Assembly (NCBI RefSeq): GCF_009834535.1
Contig: NC_045697.1
Location: 14,944,001-15,008,000 of the forward strand
Source of the DNA: Camelus ferus
Taxonomy: Eukaryota
Length of the DNA: 64,000 bases
Direction of reading: 5' to 3'
Position numbers and translations under genes: made by a program. The notes under the pieces were generated by a model. The model searched no databases. It worked only from the letters and a program-made list of their open reading frames with translations, and was not told the DNA's origin. Positions 48,981-61,530 of this stretch are shown here, one piece after another; position 1 is the stretch's first letter; each line of letters starts with the position of its first letter.

Positions 48981-50309
48981 GGTCTTATTTAATCTGATTT
49001 TGCCTGTATTTATTTATTCCATCCCATTATTTAATTAAACATAGACTCTCTTCTGGTGTTTAGTGAATTTGTAGAAGGTTGGTACCAGGATACAATCTAA
49101 ACATTTTCCAATAATTCACTAGAATTGCTCTGAGGTATGAGCCTGTTGTTCTGAAATTGCAAATGCCTCAAAAAGCAGACGAGTGGTAGGTGTTTTCCCT
49201 ACATTAAGTTTGAGATAACAAAGCCAAAGTAAGCTGCATTAACCTGTCCGGGGACACCCACCAAATCATTGTAACAGAGCAGCTGAATCTGCATCGCAGG
49301 GAGCTGCTGTCTTCCATCCCTGTCCTGTACTGAGCTCACTGAGCTGTGCTGTATTTTCATGCACATGAGTTCCGAATAATCAGTAAAATCTGTGAACCAT
49401 ACACCTCCCCCGCCACCCACACATACAAAAGCAGTGAAAAGACTCTGCTCCCTTCAGTTACCCTGGTATGAATGGACGCACCAGCTGTGGCCTTCAGTGG
49501 TACTTCCTGGGAAATGGGGTCTTTGGAAACATTCTATTTTTTGATGAATTCTCAGATTCTCCTGATCAAACTTTGTCTCATGAAAACTCTAAAGCTGAGT
49601 ATGTGCAATTGTGTTAAAGCATGGTGGTTGTGGAAATGAACACAGAACCCAAATGGGTGTATTGTCCCAAAGGAAAAAGACACCTGAACCATTGTAGACA
49701 ACATGCATTCTCAGTTATTGTTGGGAATAAGACACGTTCCAGATGGACTTCTCTTTCATGTTTGAAAAATGCCTTCCTTTATATAAATATTGACTAGATC
49801 CAGTTAGCCTGAGCATCTAGACAGAAAGATATGCATTACATATCTTCTGGAAGCGAGTGGAGTACACAACACTTCCTGCATATGTTTGACCACACGAATG
49901 CTTTATTATTTTTCCCCTGGATAAATATTTGGGAATGCTCTGCTGATGGAAATTTTAGCGCCCTATAGTAATAGACCTTCCTAGACTTAATACACACCAT
50001 AGAAAAGGCACACAGTGTAAATTATACTGTGACAACATTGATGTAATTACCTTGGCTAGCTTTACCACGGATATTACCAGAATTGCATTATTTCACAGCC
50101 ATTAAGATGTCAAGAAAGATCAGGACACTAAAACGCAATATTGGGAAAAAATAGAAAAGAAAAAAAAAAAAGAAAATCACCACTACATATACTTAGTCTT
50201 TAATATGGTTATAGAAAAATATCAAAAGTCAAATGTTTCCCAAATAAATGATCAAATTTAGGCCATAGTGAGTCTGCTTTCCTTCCTGGTTTTGTAACTA
50301 TAGAAAATG

Positions 50310-50610
50310 CAGTGGGGGGATATGAATAAATGTCGACAAAAGATACAAAGGTGTAATTATAAGTTCTGAAGATGTAATGCCCAGCCTGCTATAGTTAATA
50401 GTACTGTGTTGTATACTTGAACGTTGCTAAGAGAGCAAATCTTGAATCCTCATCACAAGAAAAAAAGAACGCTGTTAACGGTGTGAGTGATGGATGTAAC
50501 CTAAACGTATCTGGTAATTATTTTGCATTATATACATACATCTGATCATTATGATGTACACCTTAAACTAATGCAGTATTATATGCCAATTACATATTAA
50601 TAAAACTAGG
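50310..50610 (+). mobile_element. Older LINE-1 3' end (L1MA/MB-like)
   Basis: CTATAGTTAATAGTACTGTGTTGTATACTTGAA...GCTAAGAGAG...TGTACACCTTAAACT...AATAAAACT. Confidence 0.85.
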
Positions 50611-51389
50611 GACCATATGGAAAAAACCAAGGGACCAAGGAAGGAACGAGGATTCTTCCTCCACAGTGGTCAGGTGCTGGTCCAGCAATAAAGAAGTGCA
50701 CACGGGGCTCGTGGGTGAGAAGACAGGGGAAAGGGTGTGAACGCTAATGCTGAAGTTCCTGGCTGAGAGTCAGAATAGAAGCTACTATGCGGGGGAGGTG
50801 GCTCTGATGCTTTCTTAATTTAAATGTAGCTAAAGAAGTATCTGTGGCCAGAAACTTCGCATAACTGCATCCAAGGGCTGTGCTACAGATCAGCTTTCAC
50901 AGGCACTGAGCCTGTTACCTTAAATGAGATGCGGTCTGTGTTTTTCAGGACATCAATTTACCAAAGTAATACAAACCAAACATTGCTAGCCTCATTAGGG
51001 AGCGCTGCCTTACGAGGTGACTTTAAAAAGAGATACCCAGGTGCAAAAACTAGGGACATCAACACCATTTATTTAGATACCAAAACCAAAAGTGATGATT
51101 AAAGGAAAACAATGATCTCCTGCCTCTTTAGAGACAGGCCATCATAATAAATTAATCAGAACACGGAGTAAAGACTTTACAGATCATGCTTCACTGGATG
51201 TTACAATGTTAAGACTGTGGCGATTAAAAAGAAGTAAACAGCTTGCGAGTGGCATGAGTAGTTCTTACTTTGGCCATTTATTCTTTGATGTGACTTCCTA
51301 GTCCTACTCACTCTGTGCAACGGATTTCACTGAGTCAATCAAATTACTCTCAATCCACACCTGTAAGGATCTTTCTCTGACCCTTTTTA

Positions 51390-51600
51390 CCTAGTGGATG
51401 AGAGAACTGGCTTTGGAATCAGGGGGACCTTAATTTACACAGAAGCCCTGCCATCTGCTTTGAGTAAGACAATCAAGTTTTCTAAGCCTCTGTTTTCTCA
51501 CCTGTAAAAAGTGGGGTAATAAAAGCTACCTAAATAGGTCTATTTATGGCAAAATGGAATGAATATAAAGCCTTAGAACAGTATGTAGTCCTAATCATTA
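51390..51600 (+). mobile_element. MIR SINE
   Basis: CTAAGCCTCTGTTTTCTCACCTGTAAAA core. Confidence 0.75.
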
Positions 51601-52309
51601 GCAAATTAATGGTGAGAAATAATTATAAAAATAATTAGCAACTACTTTTGAAGAATGATAAAAGGGAACTCAGAGGTCGGTCATTCAATCCAAATCTTTC
51701 ACTATTTGAATGAGGACACTGAATTGTTTAGTTCTAAATGATTTCCAAGCACTCTTTTTAAAATGTATTTGGCAATATATTGTAGACCCACCATTTGTCA
51801 AGGTCTGTGGTAGGCACTGGAAATTCAAAGTATATATTTATTCACTGTGTATGTGTATATACTAATTACTCATACCCAGATTTATTCAAGAAATAACTGA
51901 TGGCAGCTGCCCCTCGAGCTCAAAGCACACAAGAGGGGAACGAGGCACGTGACTGATCCCATGGTGTGATGGAAATCTCATCAGTGTTGATGAAAGAAAA
52001 GAAACAATGACTCTGCCAAGAAAGTCACTTCACAGAGAAGGTGGTAACTTACTGGGTCCTGTAAGAAGAGAAGGAGCAGAGCGGACCATATCCTTGTAGG
52101 GTAGACAGAGGGAGTATCAACTCCACCTTACTAATGAAAAAACCAAGAACATGAAAAAGAAAAACACTTAAATCATCCATGGTTACATAAAAGATCAGGG
52201 GCAGAGATGGATCTGAAATTCAGATCCTATGACCTATATCTACTTCTACTCTTCTTTTTGCACACATAGGTTGGGAAATCTCTTCCACGCCTTGCATTTA
52301 AAAAAAATT

Positions 52310-52645
52310 ATTTGTTTATTTGTATTGAAGTATAGTCAGTTACAATGTCAGTTGTCAATTTCTGGCGTACAGCATAATGTCCCAGTCATGCATATACATA
52401 CATACATTTGTTTTCATATTCTTTTTCATTAAAGGTTATTACAAAATGTAGAATATAGTTCCCAGTGCTATACAGAAGAAATCTGGTGTTTTAAAAATAC
52501 TTTTATATATAGTGGTTAACCTTTGCAAATCTCAAACTCTCAAGTTTATCCCTTCCCACCCCTTTTCCCCCAGTAACCATAAGATTGTTTATTATGTCTG
52601 CGAGTCTGTTTCTGTTTTCTAGATGAGTTCATTAGTGTCCACTCT
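52310..52645 (-). mobile_element. LINE-1 3' UTR fragment (camelid-type)
   Basis: TATTGAAGTATAGTCAGTTACAATG...TTGCAAATCTCAAACTC...GATGAGTTCATTAGTGTCC; similar to 37115-37420. Confidence 0.92.
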
Positions 52646-54609
52646 TAATAATCCACTCTTTCTCTTATTTTCCCAAACTAGTAATACCTAAGTTTGCAGA
52701 AGGAAATAATTTCAGCAGTTTAGTTCCATTGGGGGATAACTTTTTATTTCATTTCTTCATGTATCATGGAATTTTTTTTCTCTTACTTGATTTATCCCAT
52801 CACTTGCTTTATTTCACTTTACTTTGACTTTTTCCTTCTTAATCAGATGCTGCTCCTTTGAGAATATTTCATTCTCACTTTGTGTATAGCAATTTGTTTC
52901 CTCCCCTTTGGGAGTTAATTTATGCATATTCTAAACATAAGCAAATAATGTAAATGCAAATAGGCTTCCAATGATACTTCCCAAGGGCCTAAGCTGAACT
53001 TTGTTTCACTTGGTGTGGCCTGATGTACAATGTCCTGACCTTAAGGCCATGTCCCATTGGGCTATTCCAATTGTAAAATGAACTCTGCATTTGATTTTCT
53101 GACCACTGGCTTGTCATGTTTACTGTAACTCTGATTAGAGGCTGTTGCAGCAAATGGACCGTAGCTGTTTTGCAATTGAGAATTATTAAAATTTAAAATA
53201 TATCCATAAATACATAAGTGCCTATTATAGATCAAAGTTCTAAAGATTAAATATGCACAAATACAGCTCATTTTACAAAACCACAGACTCAAAATTACTG
53301 AAAGCCAAATAACAGTACCACTTAGTACCAAATAACCTTAGTTAAGTCTGCAGTAAGTATACTGCATTAATGTAAAGCAACTTCTTTTATAGCTTGAGAA
53401 GGCATTTTATTTTATTTGAGGAACTCAGCAAATACAGCTCTCATTCATGGGATACTATAGCAATGTTAATGTCTAGAAAATGATAAGGTATCATCTAATA
53501 TTATTTAATGCATGGGCAAGGATACCATTTTAGGCTTATTTACTTCACTGATTGACTTGATTCTGGCCCTTTGAAGAGGTTGATAAATTTTAGCTATTTC
53601 TTTTTATGATTATTCACAGACGATACCAAGCATTAAATTTGTAACCCTCTAGGAAGGTTCGGCCAACAAGGACAAAACTGGGTGTTGCTGTGGCATGTTT
53701 AGGTTGATGCCTCCACAAATGAACAATGAAGCCTTGTTCTTACTGATAATAAATAGATTATACTACAGAATTAAAAGGGAAAAAAAATCAATGCTGGAAA
53801 AAGAAAAACAAGCAATACAATTAGAACCACATTTTGATTTGTCTTGGAAACATTTTTTGTTGTTGTTATTAAAGTTACTGGTCTATTAAATTGCATGGGG
53901 AAAAATAATAGAACTCATTACATGGAGTGTTCTACTTTGCCACAGCTGGAGTCTGGATTGCACACTTACTAGTTATGTGCACTGGAGCAAATGGGGAAAT
54001 ACAGATTAGGGGAGTTTTGCATTAGGGGAGTTTCAGTGTCCTCAGGACCTCCTGGATGATCCGTGGGGACAGAAAGAAGAGTGAAGTATCCGTTTGTCAC
54101 CCATTGTCCAAAGCGAACAACAAGCACTAGGAAAAGGTTTCTGTTTCTGCATCCTTTCCTGATAGGAAGGAAAAAACAAGAGAGTGAAAGGGAGAATCCA
54201 CTGAAGATTAAACAGAGAAGGGAGAGAACCACAACTTCCTTAGAACCACTGAGATGGGAAAGTCTGCTTGACCAATTCCTTAGACCAAAGACTAAAAAGA
54301 ACTTATCCCTCAAAAGTGATCTCAGAAACAACTCATGGGACGTGTCCTTCTAATCCTGATCACTTAAACTCTGGTGAACATCAGTGACTCCACTGGGTTT
54401 CCTCATCAGACTGTGCCAGTTTGATGCACGCTATGTATCGCGGCCAAAACATCAGCACCAAAACCGTTAACAAAACAAAGATAAAGGCGACTGTATAATT
54501 TACCACCATCACTAAGGAAAGGATTCTAATGGGTGCCAATAACTGAGCACTCACCACTAACTAGGAGTGGTATAAAGCGTGTCACACACAGCACATAATT
54601 TAATCTTTT

Positions 54610-55000
54610 ATGTCAGCCTGCCTCACGTCACGTTTTTGGTAACAGAGCCCATCCCTGCTTTTTAAAGGAGTATCATGCTGCCTTCCACACGGCTCATGTA
54701 TAAGGAAGGTCCCATCCCTTGGCTGGAGGGGCAAACGTATGACTGGTGGATGAGAACTCCAAGGGGGTGGTTAGTTTAGCAGTGAACACACGCTGACTAG
54801 TGTCTGACCAGTCTGATGGAATCCAAGGACTTTTCCTGAAACTATCCAATTTTGTGAAAACCCCTCTGGTCACCTACTGTAAAGTCTTTCCCTTTCTTTC
54901 TTTCTCCCTATATGTCCTCTCCTGCTCTTCTAACCACACAAAATTAGCCAGTTCATTCACCATGGAAACTACTGTGGAAAAGTCATTTTTGTATGCAAAA
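54610..55000 (+). mobile_element. Old MaLR LTR (MLT1K/L-like) remnant
   Basis: TTTGGTAACAGAGCCCC start and TGACC...ATGGAATC...GGACTTTT motifs. Confidence 0.45.
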
Positions 55001-56124
55001 GAAATAAAGTGAATCTTTAATATACTCTTGTTGAAAAGTTGCTGAACCCTGGGATATGTAAGACTGTCAAAGTATTACTGAAGCATATAAGCGATTTTAG
55101 GAGAGTCAGAATGAATGATTAGAATTTAAGTGGCTATCATAAGATTTAATTTACAGAGGTGGATAAGCCTTTCACCACTGATATTAGAGAGCCATTACCA
55201 AGAATGAATGTATGTGCACATTACATTTAAATGGTTCCTCCACCTCTTGGGATGGCTTGGGATCACTTCTAACTAGAGGAATATTAATTGTTTACTTTTA
55301 GTAAACATTTGTGCCTAAATTTCTCCAAGAAAATGACATGTAATATTTGAGGATTTAATGATGACTTGATAACTTTTAATATCAGACCCAAATAATGAAT
55401 CACGTTTATTGTGTATCGAATAGAAATGAGACAACTTTTCCTAACCAACACAGAAAAATACACAAAATCATATTGTGAACTTCATATTTTATACAAGGCT
55501 GACAACAATAACAAATCCAGTTTTCAGTATTTTGTTTTAAAATCTGAGACTATGTGCATGTACAGAGATAAGGTTGCACCGAATTTCAGATTTTAACTCA
55601 GCAGGAAAAAATGTTGTAGTCTAAAAATTATTCCAAACTCAAGATACCAAAGTGAACAAAAATACTTTCACATTTATATTCCACCTCTCAACCCTTGCGC
55701 AAATACACAGAACCCAAAATATCTCTTGCAATTATCTTAATTACTGTTACCTTTGATTTATCTTACAAGGGTAATGCATTTGAAATTGTAACTTCTTATT
55801 AATATCTGCTAGATTTTACTGGATTTTAAAAATATTACTTCTTTGTTGGTCAGTCTGATATCTTAAATATATTTGAGTCAATGAATAGAGATGTTAAAAT
55901 AACCAGTTTTCACTTCAAAGGATCAGTTTCTGTAGGGCCATAATTTTGCAATGCTAATAATTAACAGATTCTTTTAAAGGCAGATCTATTTTGTCACCAA
56001 CATTTTAGTATATGTTGGTAGAAGAAATCAATATATTAAATACTGATCCAAACTCAAGATGTCTTCCACCAACCTAATGCTTTGTACTTTGTGTTTGAAG
56101 TATTTCTCCAGATAGGACAGACAG

Positions 56125-56340
56125 GATAATGGAATATGCACTGGAAAGAGAATCTGAAAAACCAAATTTTATTAAAGGTCTGTAACTACTTTGCTGTGTG
56201 ACTTCTGACATACTGCTTAACCTCTCTGTGCCTTACTATATCCAAACTGCTTTACAGATCTCCCCTCAATCAATATGAGAACCAAATGGGATAATAAATA
56301 AGAAAGGCAATGAAAATGACAAAATGCCAAATTAATGTCT
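56125..56340 (+). mobile_element. MIR SINE
   Basis: GCTGTGTGACTT...CTTAACCTCTCTGTGCCT. Confidence 0.7.
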
Positions 56341-57749
56341 GGACCTGTCCATCACTGACTAATCAAATATTTAATGAGAAACTACCAAACATAGAGATGA
56401 TTTGGAAAAGAAAAAAACCCCAAAGTGGACAATGGGAGAAATATATAAATTATACCAACTGCTATAAGAAGAGTTTAGTTCAAATGCTATGGGAGTTCAG
56501 ATGGGGAGAAAGATGATTTTGACTAAAATGAGGGATAAGAAGAGAAAATAAAGTGACAGTATGTGAAATGGGTCTTGGGAAATACTAGGACCTGGATTTC
56601 AGATGAGAAGACACAAGGCAGGTGGGGGAGGAGGTCAATGGTTTGAAAGAACAGGATTATCTATCACCTGTTTTGATAACACAACATACATGGCACCCCT
56701 TTAGTCAACAGTGGGGATCACCTAAAGCTTTTGAAAGAAGAGGAGGAGGGGAAGGAGGAGGATAAGAACAATCAAATACCCTTTACTGAACAGCTGATAT
56801 ATCTAAGACACTGTTTTTCCATCCAGGATCTCAATGTTGTGATATGACTATTATTGCAATTATGTTCACTGATAGTTTGGAAAATTGAAAGGAAATCAAG
56901 AATTACTTGGATCTAAGATCATTTTTTTTTTTTTGCAATTCGATCTGTTTCATTTCTTCTTAAAAAAAAGAAAGAAAAGAAATAGGAACCAACTGAGTAA
57001 CAAAAACATGGCAGCCTTTCCACTACATCCTGCCCCATGATACTCTCTGGGAAGAGGATTGTGGTTCATTTTATTTCATAATTTAAAATATTTTTACACT
57101 CCTATTTCATATGGCCGATTGATGGGTGCAGAGATAGGGTGCTTGCTCCCAAATGAGAAGTAGCAAGCTGCAAGAGTGACCCTACTCAGTGGATTTAATC
57201 AGAAATCAGGGTTCAGAAATGAGTACTCATCTGCACCTGCCCAGCTCTCCAGTGACCTACTGCTCAAAAGACTACATATTTAATTTAGTTGGAAAAACAC
57301 ACGTCTTGGAGGAGGATGAGCATATGGCTCCCTGTCCACATGCCCCTTGAATCATAGGTATTTGGGGAGTCCTCCATCTGCCCTTCTCACCCTCAGCTTC
57401 CTGCCCATTCCCACACCTGCCCACAGTTTTATAAGGGAGGCACCAGAGTGTATTTATTAAAAGCATGAGCTTTAATTCAGACAAACATAGGGGAAACTCA
57501 TAACTCTACTTGCTAGTCATGTGACCTGAAGCAAGCAGCATAAAGTGGAGATAAAAATATCATAGAATAGTTTGAAGCTTTCATAAATATAAACATGTGA
57601 ACTGCCTAGCCTTGAACCTGGAATATCAGCACTCCAAAAACTTTGTGATGTATAGACTATCATGTTTTATGTCCACATCAGTATCATCTCCTACAATACA
57701 CACTAAAGGCATTGATTTGCAATCAATACCATTCGCTACAGGTTCATAG

Positions 57750-58490
57750 CTATTCAGTAATCATTTAGCATGCTCCATGTGTCAGGCACTGTATTGTGTA
57801 CTGGGGAGAAAAAAGGAAACACAGTGTGTGTAAGGTAAAGTCCCTACTCTTGAGAAGCCCACAAGATAATGAGGTGTAGACAGAACTCTAAAGAGATTCC
57901 TAGAATATAAAATAGGCTAAGAACATGGGGAAAACTTGTAACTAATCCTGTCCAAGCAAATTAATAAAAGCTTCACAGAAGAGTGACATTTCAGGTGAAT
58001 CTGGGTATCCAAGTAGAATTCTCTATCGGACAGCATGAAGGAGACTAGGATGCTCTAGGAGAGAGGATAGTATCTGATGTGGGAGCAAGCAAAAGATTTT
58101 AAGGATTAAAAGACATTAGGAATCACTGGAGCAGCAGTCACATAGAGGGAAGGGTAAAGAGATGAAATGATAGATATAATTGATCTTTAGACTGTGAGAG
58201 GACTCCTGTGCCAGAAAAATAGACTGGAAAAAAACAAAACAAAAAGTATTTTTAAGTTATGTTGGCAACAGCATGAGGGATGGATTGGTCTAGGGAGAGA
58301 CTGGCAGCAAAGAGCCCAGTTAGGGCACCAGTGTCACAGTCTCCAGACGAAAGATGATGGACGGACTGATTCAAGACAGTGGTAAAAAGGAAGAAGCAAC
58401 ACTGAGAGGTATTTGGGGAAAGAATCAACACAGATTGGTGACTGGATATGAGGCAAGAGAAAGAAGAGAATGTTAAGATTTCTAGTCCTA
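57750..58490 (-). mobile_element. L2 LINE fragment
   Basis: ATGTGTCAGGCACTGT...GCTTCACAGAAGAGTGACATTT...GATTGGTGACTGGATATG. Confidence 0.7.
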
Positions 58491-58502
58491 AAAAGTTGGC
58501 AT

Positions 58503-58654
58503 GGGGGAAGGGTATAACTCAGTAGTAGAGTGTGTTCTTGGCATGTCCATGATCTTGGGTTTAATCCCCAGTACCTCCATTAAAAAAAAAAAAACTTAAA
58601 AAAAAAAACCCTAATTACCTACCCACCTCCAAAAAAAAAAAAAAAAAAAAAAAA
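58503..58654 (+). mobile_element. tRNA-derived camelid-type SINE, copy 1
   Basis: GGGGGAAGGGTATAACTCAGTAGTAGAG...GGGTTTAATCCCCAGTACCTCC head, A-rich linker, CCTAATTACCT, poly(A). Confidence 0.9.
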
Positions 58655-58659
58655 GTCTA

Positions 58660-58786
58660 GGGGGAGGTATAGCTCAGTGGTACAATGAGTGCTTAGCACG
58701 CACAAGGTCCTGGGTTCGATCCCCAGTTCCTTCATTAACTAACTAACTAAATAAATAAAAACCCAATTGCCCCCCCCCAAAAAAAA
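58660..58786 (+). mobile_element. tRNA-derived camelid-type SINE, copy 2 (intact A/B boxes)
   Basis: TAGCTCAGTGG A box; GGTTCGATCC B box; (TAAC/TAAA)n; CCCAATTGCCCC; A tail. Confidence 0.92.
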
Positions 58787-59554
58787 GTATGCATGTAATG
58801 AAATAGAGGGGAACCAAGAATTATACAGAGAAGGTGTGATTATCTGCAGTTCTATTAGCCTTCTTCCCACTCTTCCTTGACCCCTAGCCCAATACATATT
58901 AGCAAAAAGCTGGACTGTTTGTTATATACATTTCTTGAATGTAAAATATGCCTGTTTAACTCAAACTGTTTTTCTACCATTTTTAAGAATTATGAGTTAT
59001 TTTAGCACTTAATTAATGTTCTACAATTAAATATGTGATAACTTTTACAGCCCAACTCTAGATTCATACAGTCATCCACGTATAGTGGTATTAAGTCATG
59101 GTTAGCAAGATTTGTATAATAAAACTTATTCAAAAAACCCTCAAATCCTTTTTCTTGCTGACCCTTCAAATAACCCAGTAAGCTGCATAAATAGACCTAG
59201 AGCCTCCTTTTTTAGGTGGATTAAGAGACTTAAGCCTACTGAGAAAACAGGTAGACACTGGTTGCTAGAGTAGAGTCAGATTTTATGACTGCAACATCAA
59301 GGAATCCACAAACGTAGCCTCGCAGACATAGAAATGTGAAGAAAAACTGCAAAAGATAATGTATCAAAAATGCCTCCAAATTATGTAATGTCAGATTTGT
59401 GCAAATCAATCAGGAACTGCCAGACTTACCAACTACCCCCTTAATATCATGATGACTATCAGTATAGAAAACTGGCATCTCCTGTTATAGTTTTTAAAAA
59501 TCAAAACTTAAAAATTCAATTGTGAACAACAAACATTTATTAATTATCTCCTAT

Positions 59555-60000
59555 AATCGCTGCAACATAAATAGTTAATTACCTACACAATACCTATCCT
59601 TATTTCCACTTTAAGAAGAGAACCTTGATTTTATTAAGACTGGAAGGTAGCTGATTTTTTTCCATTCTCTAATGAAACTAGGAGTAGTCAGTGAGATATA
59701 AATGGAAGTAACTGGGCGGGGCATCTGGGGAAACACTTTAAAGGAGGCTAGACTTTGTGGAAATTGAGCCCTTTTCCCCTCTCCCTATTCCTTCTTGTTT
59801 TTTTGGCTTGTATCTGTACGGACCGTAGCTCAAGAAGGGAAAGACATACTAATCCTTGTAGGACAAAAAGAATGGGCTTGCCTCTTCCACATCAGCCTGA
59901 GTCAGCCTACTGCAGACCTTAGTGTGCACAATAAAAATATAACACTAATTTAAGTCAGCTAACGTCACTTGGATTTGCTGATGTGTGCAACCAAAACTAA
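59555..60000 (+). mobile_element. Old MaLR LTR (MLT1J-like) remnant
   Basis: AGAACCTTGATTTTATT...GTGAGATATAAATGGAAGT...CATCTGGGGAAA. Confidence 0.55.
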
Positions 60001-60584
60001 TTAATATATAGTATAGATAGCCATATGTTTAGAGCTTGGGAAAGTAAAGCTAAATAAAATGCGTAAGTAGTATAAAAGACTGGAGGAGAATATAACCGTA
60101 AAATCAGTACTTTTTTATTCCCTGCCCTCAACAGTCTAACATACATTGAAGAATGGATGAGGGAAAAAGTTACATTTGTGGTCATGATAATCTTGAGTAG
60201 CATGAGGAATGAGCCACTATCACATAAACTCGAGTGATCAGTCATGGGGTATCTTAAAACCCTATATTTTTCTAGGTACCAGTAGGGAAGAAAGATATGA
60301 TCCTTATTTTCAAACAGTTTATAAACTAGAAGGGGACACAGGCTAGTTCTTGACAATGAATGGCATACATCACAGCCACAGCAAGTACTGCTAAGCAGCT
60401 TTCAACTCAACAAATGCTCTCCCAGGGTGAGATGCCCTGAGAGGGCAGGCAGTGAGTGAGAAATAATGTTACAATACTTTAAAGCCTAGCTCCCTGGGGA
60501 GGAGAGACAATTCACGTGGTATCATAATATGGTAGACTTGTGTGAATTTAATAGTCATGGTTTCAATTTTTTAGAAGTAACTTT

Positions 60585-60900
60585 TTATGAGTTGAATTTG
60601 TGTTGTCCCCCCCCCCCATCAAATTCATATGTTGAAGTCCTCACCTTCAGCTTCTTAGAATATGATCTTCTTTGGAAATAGGCTCATTGCAGACATAATT
60701 AGTTAAGATGAGGTTATACTGGAGTAAAGTGAGCCCCTAATCCAATACAACTGGCATCCTTGTAAAAAGGAGAAATGTGGACAGAAATGCACACGCGGGG
60801 AGAACATAGAGGAGAAAGGCTGAGAACTGGGTGATGCTCCCATTAGTCAAGAAATGTCAAAAACTGCAAGTAAACCATCAGAAGCTAAGGAAGGGGGCAG
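60585..60900 (+). mobile_element. MaLR LTR (MLT1C-like), partial
   Basis: AAATTCATATGTTGAAGTCCT...TTTGGAAATAGG...AGTTAAGATGAGGT. Confidence 0.88.
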
Positions 60901-61289
60901 TCAATTCTGATCCTCTGATGTGTGTCAGGAATGGGTCTCAGTGCTGGAGATAGCAAAGTGAGCAAAATAGATAATAGTTACTTGTGGACTATTTAATTTG
61001 AGTAACAAGTGTGCATGAGGGAACAGTCGGAAATCAGACTAAAAAGGGAGGATAGAAGCCTAGAACTGTATTCTAGACAGCCTGGGACACCGATAAGAGG
61101 GAAGTACATATGACCCAACAAAACGTGGTTAATCTTCAGCGTTTTTGAAAATGGGTCTGCATATAAATCTGTCAGTGGGTTAGCAGAATTAATTTAGAAA
61201 ACTTCATAGGATAGACTTACTTTTCCTAATAGTCATACTTACAATTTTATTGTCACTAACATCATCGTCACCATCATTTCCATTACCAT

Positions 61290-61530
61290 TGTTACACTGT
61301 TTATTTAGTACTTAACTATGTTGCAAGAATTGAGCACTTTCCTTATATCACATCAAATCCTCCAGACAACACTATGGAGTATGTATAATGACCCCTCCTT
61401 TACATGGGAAGAAACTGAAGATCAGAGATGATAAGTTATTTGGTCAAGGTCACGTTGATTATAAGTGGCTGACCCCGGATTCAAAACCAGTCCGACTCCA
61501 GATCCCTTTCTCTTAGCCACTGCACTCTAT
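61290..61530 (-). mobile_element. MIR SINE
   Basis: GAAGAAACTGAAG...CAAGGTCAC...GGATTCAAAACCAG...TCTTAGCCACTGCAC. Confidence 0.85.

Noticed and set aside
58660..58732. tRNA-Ala-like sequence
   Set aside because: Followed by the SINE body and A tail, and lacks a proper acceptor stem; a SINE head rather than a tRNA gene
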